Shown piece after piece: positions 57,201-64,000 of a stretch of 64,000 nt of DNA. Below the pieces are notes generated by a model. The model searched no databases and was not told where the DNA came from. It saw only the letters and a program-made list of their open reading frames with translations. A program made the translations under genes and the position numbers. Positions within the stretch are counted from its first letter, which is position 1, and each line of letters begins with the position of its first letter. The stretch is taken from contig NW_019217922.1 in the NCBI RefSeq assembly GCF_002571385.2, positions 485,734 through 549,733 on the forward strand. Reading direction: 5' to 3'. The stretch comes from Stylophora pistillata. Lineage: Eukaryota.

Positions 57201-58870
57201 TAGGCAACTAACAATAGGGATCTTCTTACCACACTTTATCATCCATAGTACAGGCTCTAACTTCTTCTATTCAAGTTCTTCAGAATAAACCAGCTAAGCT
57301 ACTATTGGGTCGAGCGACATTTTCCTCTTCAACTCAAGGACTTCTAGATAGGAAGTTGATCAATCTATCTTGCAGAAGATCAATGCAATGGTGCCTTTTT
57401 AAACATAACATAGGCATAACACTCGCTTCAAGGAAATTATTCGATCTTTTAGATCAAACACAAATTGGGGTGTACATATCCTTTAATGGTGCATTGACAG
57501 ACTGTAATTCCCTCCCAGAAGACATGAGATGTCTATCCCATGATGCTTTTTAACATTTAATTGCTTAAATATTTTAAATCTTGATAGGTTTCATTGGTTT
57601 GTCATCTCTTGCACATAGATTTTATTATTTTCTGTTCATATTTCCACCGTGAGTTTTCAGTTATTAATGACATGATTACTTATTTTATACATTAATTTTG
57701 AGGGCCTCACTGAAAACTGCTATGGAGAGCTGGGCTCCCTCTTTAAATATTTTTAAATAATAAATAGAGGTTTAACCTTGAGTGGCTGAACTAGACAACC
57801 AGCACTGACTTGCCCACACTGCACAGGGAGACCATCTCTATTTTCTCCTCCTGACTTCTCTTTACCTGAGCAGCAGTTTCTAGCTTCATGCCCTTGCCTT
57901 CCACACATGAAACATTTCTTAACCTGAGATGGGCAGTTAACAGCCTTGTGGCCACAAGCTATATGCTTGAAACACACTACTGTCTTTGTTTCATTCTTCT
58001 GAGATAGTACCAGAGGCTTCTAACCAGCAGGACCAAACAATTGTTTTCCACGTGCTTTTAAGCACTGATCGGCAATATTTGCTATTTGAACAAGCGTTTC
58101 CAGGGTTCTTTCATGAAGGTGAATAGCTAACTCCTTTCAACAAGAGTCAGTAAACTGTTCTTTCACAATGAAACCTTTGCGACCTCTAAAAGAACGCTCA
58201 GTGCGGATCAAATGGATCCAGTGAGACGGTGAGTTGTCAGCCTTAAGACAACAGAATGCGGTCAATGACTTGTACCTTCAATTCTGAATATATCCTGCAA
58301 TACTAAGAATTCAAATAACAAACTCACAAGAGGAAAAACGGTTAAATTACTCCACGTAGAGAGAGTGCATGTACTCCTATTTTTTTGATGTGGTACTCGA
58401 GTTTTGCACCATGCAACATATGCACCAGTTTTATAATTATCAGTTGGAGAGGAGTGAAGGAGAAAATGTTTTTTACACAGGTCATCTCTGGAAGGCTCAG
58501 GAATGCTCTCTGACTTGTGCAGGTTCAACTTTATAATTAGGTTTAACATTTTCTTTGAAGCACATATCAACTTCTAAGGCATGTTTTAGATATATTCTGT
58601 CATTTGCAAAGGCACATGGTATGGCTGTTGGGCTATTCTGAGTCTTCCCACTCTTCTTCAAAAAGCTGAATGAAATAGACGGAATTCCTAATGGCGGACT
58701 GCTCGGGTAAGCCTTGGTACAAGAACATGAAAACGAGGCGAGTGGGGATGGAATTGAAAACTTACAGAAGAGCGTAAGGTGAATAAGGCGAGTCAAAAAC
58801 ATGATTTTGTTAAAGTTGTCTTTTTCTCTATGAATAAAAGTGTCGCGTTCCCGATACCGCAGACACGTGG

Positions 58871-59347
58871 TGTTGTGCACCGGAGTTCGCCAGTATAACC
58901 ACAGTGTTGAACTTAGACAAGCAGCAGCATCAAACTCTCTTTATTCACTTAAGCTGGCAGTCTTTGTACAGCAAAGGCGGTAAAAACTATAGAACGGATA
59001 CACGAAGGTTCGATATAAGGAAAACCGAATGACTACGAAACTAGAAATGATAAAAATGAGGAATATTACAAGCGTAACTTACATCGGATCTTGACTCCGG
59101 GCTAGAGAACTCCTTGCTAATAGAAGGCGAATTTAGTTCTTACACTTTGACGTACAGGAAATAGAAATGAACAGTGCTTTATGTAGCTAGCTTTGAGCGG
59201 ATATTCGCTAGTCACGGAACAGAAATCAAACAAAGCGCGCTAACAAATTAAATAGAAAGTCATTGAAAGTTTCTTAGTGTCTTTGTGCTAAAAACGGAAG
59301 AGTTACATAAGTAAAAAAGATTAGAGTTCGTATCCGTAAACGTGACA
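58871..59347 (-). repeat. 3' LTR (477 bp) of the BEL/Pao element
   Basis: Minus strand purine tract GGGCGAGGAG then TGTCACG...AATAAA...GCACAACA. Confidence 0.75.
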
Positions 59348-59427
59348 CTCCTCGCCCAAGGATCGTCTATGATCCTTGCTCTACTAATTGTTTGTCCTTT
59401 AATTCTCTGCCGTGGTCGAAGGGTCTG

Positions 59428-61620
59428 TCACTGGGCCTCTACTGGAACCAGCAGGATGAGCTCTTTGATGGGGCGTAGGAACACTTTTCCTCTACCCTCT
59501 CTCACAATCCTAAGTGACACTTTTCTTACTTTGCCATCTGCGCTCCTGATGGCCTCCGTAACTCGACCCATAGGCCAGTCACTGCGATTCTGGCTGTCTT
59601 CCTTCATAAGGACGACGTCACCTGGGGCCAGGTCTCTGCGGGCGTCGTACCACTTTCTTCTTGGCTGGAGGTTCTGGAGGTACTCTCGGCGCCACCGTAA
59701 CCAGAACTGATCTGCTAGGTACTGGACCCTCCTCCAACGCCGGTTCGCGTACAGGTCTGGGGGCAGGAAGTTGCCCGGTGGTGGTCCTGGTGGTCGCGTT
59801 TTCATTGTAAGCAGCATGGCTGGTGACAGGGGCTGCGGGTCGTTGATGTCTGAAGGCAAAGCTGCAATGGGTCGTGCATTTACGATAGCGGTGACTTCCG
59901 CCATGAAAGTGCTCAAGATTTCGTGCGTCAGCTGTCTTGGTCCGAGGTCGGCTAGCATGGCATCCAGAACACGGCGGATGGTCCCGATCTGTCTTTCCCA
60001 TACGCCTCCAAAGTGGGATGCGTGTGGTGGGTTAAACTTCCACTCACAACCGTGTTGTGTCACGAATCTCTCGATCTTTGTTTCGTCCATTTCTTTAAGG
60101 GCTTCGGCTAACTCGGTGTGTCCCCCAACGAAGTTTGTCCCTCTGTCGCACCTCAATACGGCTGTTGGGCCGCGTATGGCGAAGAAGCGCCTCAGTGCAC
60201 AAATGAACGAACTGGCGTCCATTGACTCTAGTACTTCTATATGAATGGCTCTGCTATTCAAGCACGTGAAGACAAGACCCCAACGCTTTGAGTGTGCAGC
60301 GCCACCTCTCGTCTTCCTTGTGGATATGGTCCAGGGACCAAAGACGTCGAAGCCGACGTTTGTGAATGGTGGGCCTACCTCGGTTCTATCTTGGGGCAGG
60401 TCAGCCATTTTCTGGATTACGTGGGGGCCTCTCAGCTTCTTGCAGGGCACACAAGAAGCTAACTCCTTCGCTACCATGCGATGACCTCCAATCAGCCAAT
60501 AGCCGGCTTGGCGAATTTTGCCACTCGTAATCTGTCGACCCTGGTGATGGACCTCTTTATGGTAATGTCGAATTACCAGGACGGACACGTGGTGGTCTTT
60601 TGGTAAGATTGCAGGGTGCTTCTCTCCATACTCCATTTCTGCTCTCCTAAGTCGTCCTCCCACCCGAACAATTCCATTGGCGTCGATAAACGGGTCAAGC
60701 GCGTAAAACTGGGAGCCCTTCAGGGCTCTCTTCCTTACCGTGTTTTGATATCTTTCCCCTTCTTTCTGTTCCGTGAGATCTTTGTTTGTTAACTCTGCGC
60801 CAAAGGCTTCCTTCTGCGCTGCCCCCATTATCGCGTCCATTGCCTGATTTAGCTGGTTTGCTGTAGGACTCCTGAAGGTTTGTCTGGCTTTTGGTTGCCT
60901 TTGTTCATTCTTTTGACGCCTGAACTCTTTAACCTTGACAATGAGGCGTGCAATCGCGCGTTTTAAGGAGTGGAGGTTGGAGAAACGTGAAAATCTCTCC
61001 GCTCCGAGGCCTCTGCATTTATATATGCATGATGCGTGGGCTACCACTTCTCTTTGAACCTCGGGATCGTCTTCGGCTAGTTGAATATCCTCTCGTTGAG
61101 GCTGTACCGTGTCTGGGTTTCTGAGAAATCTCTGCCCCTTCAGCCAGGCTGAGTTGGCCAGACTACTTGCATTGAGGCAACGTGTGGCTAGGTCTGCGGG
61201 ATTGTCACTTGTCTCAATGTAACTCCACTGATCGGGTGAGGAGACCCTACGGATAATTTCTACTCGGTTGGCGACGTAGACATAGAACCTTCGGCTCTCG
61301 TTTTGGATGTAGCCAAGAGCTGCCTTCGAGTCGGTGTAGAACTTAATGTCATCTAGTTGGATGTCTATTTCTTTCAATATTCTAGCGACGGCTTGTGTGG
61401 CTAGCATGGCTCCACAGAGCTCCAGACGTGGGATGCTTGTAGTCTGTAGGGGAGCAACCTTTGATTGGCCAAACACAAGGGACGTGGCTACCTCTCCGCT
61501 ATCGTTGACTAAGCGTAAGTAAACGCAGGCTCCTGGGGCGTCTTTACTAGCGTCGGAGAATGCGTGTAGTTCTGCCTGAGCGACTCTACCAAAATCTGCT
61601 GGGTGGTAGCATCGGGGCAC
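59428..61620 (-). CDS. BEL/Pao pol C-terminal part: RNase H plus integrase (uninterrupted 730 codons)
   Basis: AFSDAS, SIPRLELCG, TDS, NPADLATR; H...HHQG..CVPC; GFDVFGP, CDRGTNF, GGVWER; WPMGRV C-terminal domain. Confidence 0.9.
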   Translation of the reverse strand: MPRCYHPADFGRVAQAELHAFSDASKDAPGACVYLRLVNDSGEVATSLVFGQSKVAPLQTTSIPRLELCGAMLATQAVARILKEIDIQLDDIKFYTDSKAALGYIQNESRRFYVYVANRVEIIRRVSSPDQWSYIETSDNPADLATRCLNASSLANSAWLKGQRFLRNPDTVQPQREDIQLAEDDPEVQREVVAHASCIYKCRGLGAERFSRFSNLHSLKRAIARLIVKVKEFRRQKNEQRQPKARQTFRSPTANQLNQAMDAIMGAAQKEAFGAELTNKDLTEQKEGERYQNTVRKRALKGSQFYALDPFIDANGIVRVGGRLRRAEMEYGEKHPAILPKDHHVSVLVIRHYHKEVHHQGRQITSGKIRQAGYWLIGGHRMVAKELASCVPCKKLRGPHVIQKMADLPQDRTEVGPPFTNVGFDVFGPWTISTRKTRGGAAHSKRWGLVFTCLNSRAIHIEVLESMDASSFICALRRFFAIRGPTAVLRCDRGTNFVGGHTELAEALKEMDETKIERFVTQHGCEWKFNPPHASHFGGVWERQIGTIRRVLDAMLADLGPRQLTHEILSTFMAEVTAIVNARPIAALPSDINDPQPLSPAMLLTMKTRPPGPPPGNFLPPDLYANRRWRRVQYLADQFWLRWRREYLQNLQPRRKWYDARRDLAPGDVVLMKEDSQNRSDWPMGRVTEAIRSADGKVRKVSLRIVREGRGKVFLRPIKELILLVPVEAQ

Positions 61621-64000
61621 TGTGACCCTTTCTAATTCGGCAAGGGAGTCTCACCATCGTTGCCACTTTTGTAGGAGACTGTGGGAGTGGGTCGTCCCAT
61701 CCTAGGGTAGCATTGTTATTTTTCCCTCTCCCCATGCTGACTAGTTGTTGGAGTAGGAGTTTACCTTCCAGGAGTACCGGGACGGCCAAGCCAAGTGGAT
61801 CGTATACTGCTTTCACGACTGAGAGGACCCCTCTGCGGGTGAAGGGCTTTCTGGGTAAGCATACTTTGAAGGTGAAGGCATCTTTTGTTAGGTCCCAGTA
61901 AACTCCGAGCGAACGCTGCGTGGGGAGACAATCTTGACGCAAATCAAGGTCGCGGATGTCTTTTCCCCTATCTTCTAGTGGGAAGGCTTCCATGACCTCT
62001 ACGGAATTAGAGACGACCTTGTGAAGTCGTAGGTTAGACTTTGCTAGCATGGCCTGTGNATATCACACATAATGGCTGTATTCTCTTTCCTGAAGCGCAT
62101 TAAGACGCCGACAAGACTATTCATTAGGTCGGGGCCGGGTAGTAGGGTCTTGTTCAGCGAAACTCCTTTATACTCCGCAGACGAGTCGAACACAACTCTG
62201 ATCTGTGTTGGCTTTTTTGGATGGTAGACGCCAAAGTGGGGTAGGTACCAAACTTTACCGGGCGTAGGTTCAGATTTCAACTCTTCCTCTGGTATCACTG
62301 ACGCATGGCCTTTCTCGATAACTTTCTCCAGGAAGTTGAAGTAGTCGGACTGCATCTGCGGTTTTCTTTTAAGGGTGCGCAATAGGCCGTTTAAACGATT
62401 GACTGCTTGAATTCGATTGTTCGGCATTTGTACTTCCTCTTGACGAAAGGGGAGTGGCATCTCCAAATTTCCCTTGCTATTTTTGCAGACTTCTCTTTCC
62501 ATGATTTCTAGGAACTTTCGGTCTTCCCGAGACGGGGCGACTTGATTGTCGTACCTAGTGGCAGTAAAGACGTTGTCTTCTACACTCATCTGTGTTAGGC
62601 TCCCTTTCACTGAAAACCTGTTAGGGCAGGGTACCAGCTCGTAACCACCTATCTTTGTTAACTCTACTTCATCTGCGTTGGTTATGTGGAGACTGGTGCG
62701 ATTTACGAGCACGTGGGCCGGGCCGTCTATGAAGTTGAAGCACATCTGGCCTGTTATCGTCCAGCCAAGAGTAAGTCGTTGAGCCCAGGGAGCACCTTTG
62801 GGTCCATTTCTAAACTCTCTGACCTTGAGAAGCTCGGGCGAGTCTCTTCCAATAAGGAGATGAATGCCGGCTGTACTATCAAATGGTGGAATCTCGTCGG
62901 CGATTTCTTGTAGGTGGGGAAATCTCCTCGCCATCTCTCGTGTAAGGATTTTGCGCTTGTCTTGTGGGATGCTATCACACTCGATTAACATTGGTAGCAT
63001 CGACTCGACTCCGTTCATTGATCGCGCTGCCACCCCAGTTATCCGACGGCCATATTTCTGTTCCCTTTCTGTACTGCAAGTGGACAGATAGTACTTCTCC
63101 GGAGGTCCGACCGCTCCCAGCTCGTCTGCAAGTTCGCTGCTAATGAGAGAACTGTTGCTTTGCTCATCAACGATAGTGTACACGCACCGAGTGCGGTCCG
63201 GCTATTCTCTGTCGTAGACATTGACCAATAGGATTTTGTTGCAGGATCGGCCTCCACTCGAGTCGCAAATCGGTGTGCTTCTATTTTTCACGTTCCCCTC
63301 GTTAGTGTCCTCTCTTTCTTTATCACTATGGGTCCTCGCCTGAGTCTCTTTTACTCTGTGAAACCGCGATGTGCCTTTCGTCTCCACATACGCCGCAGCT
63401 AACATTTGCCTTGCACCTGCTGGCCTGGTGACCCTCAGATAGGCAGTGAAAGCATAGCTTAGCTCCCTTTATCCACTCTACCTTTTCATCTAAGGTTTTC
63501 TCAGCAAAGGCCTTGCATTCGGTTAAGTCGTGGCCCTCGCGGTCGTGGAATGGGCACCGCTTTCTCCTCGTGCTCTCTCTGGATCGTGTTTCTGGTTTCT
63601 TTAGTGCCGGGTGTGCGTTCGTCTTAAGCGCTTTCCGGCTCACTCCACGTGTATTGGGTGCAAGGCGACTGGGAGGGGGGTTGGTAGGCTTGTTTCTTGC
63701 CAAAATGTTGGGGTTGTTCTTCAATCTGGCTTGCATTTGGACGACCTTTGCGAATCTCTTAAAGCTGGGGTAGGCGCCTGCATTATTGTCCGCGTGCTTC
63801 GCAATCTCCTTTTCCCACTTTCTGCGGAGTGAGGGCGGGAGTTTCTCTGCTATCGGTTGTATCGCGTTTGGGTAATTGAGGCACGCGAGGCCGGGAAGAC
63901 ACAACATTTGACTTTCCACGTCAGTGCAAAGGTCCGCGAAATGCTGCAATCTTGCGTTGTCATTTTCGTTAAACATAGCCCTCTTTTGCATGCGCTCTAG

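Larger units (their letters stand above)
53200..58240 (-). mobile_element. Gmr1-like Ty3/Gypsy LTR retrotransposon (gag-PR-IN-RT order), decayed
   Basis: gag IVKEQF + CFKHIACGHKAVNC/CFMCGRQGHEARNC (57750-58240); PR VFRDTCCSGIVV (56640-56880); IN GGHLGIKK...FYWPGI..DV..FCKSCDVCQ and catalytic core (55650-56340); RT IDYQKLNK, MDLSKGY, EEHIKAL...IRPSRC (53200-54200). Confidence 0.8.
58871..64000 (-). mobile_element. BEL/Pao LTR retrotransposon, relatively young; 5' end outside the window
   Basis: gag triple knuckle (CPFH..H...C; CFHC...H....C; CGVC...H), protease DEQSNSS, RT WYLPHFGVYHPKKP..IRVVFDSS, RNase H LHAFSDAS, integrase, in BEL order. Confidence 0.95.

Noticed and set aside
58262-58860. 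ORFs of 102 and 127 aa next to the BEL LTR
   Set aside because: No recognisable domain; left unassigned.
59342-63832. Plus-strand ORFs overlapping BEL pol
   Set aside because: Antisense shadow frames of GC-richer coding sequence.

Overview
Eukaryotic, AT-rich window that is almost entirely nested transposable elements; I see no convincing host gene, rRNA or true tRNA. The repeat repertoire looks like a cnidarian, probably a stony coral (inference). From left to right: 5' part of a DIRS element; two restriction-like-endonuclease (R4/Dong-type) LINE fragments in a TAA microsatellite; a decayed Academ-like transposase; two Penelope fragments with hammerhead ribozymes; a pogo transposon split by an L2/CR1 LINE with a 2A-like motif; a Maverick/adintovirus fragment with a penton gene; alpha-kinase and HECT pseudogenes that are probably TE cargo; a CR1-type LINE; a large AcademH-type (DUF6589-like) element; several MITEs; a RAG1/Transib-like remnant; a Gmr1-type Gypsy element; tRNA-derived SINEs; and a young BEL/Pao element running off the right edge. 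The standout is a complete 6.14-kb DNA transposon at 30354-36493. It has 16-bp TIRs (GAGGGGGGTGAATAGG), a 6-bp TSD (TTCAAG), and ~30-bp-phased subterminal motifs in the same orientation at both ends. Its six-exon gene reconstructs to roughly 1,400 aa, with a P-element-like DDE core carrying a Cys-rich insert, an NHL-type beta-propeller and a SAP-like motif. I cannot place it in a superfamily I know. All family assignments come from motif recognition by eye; no searches were run.
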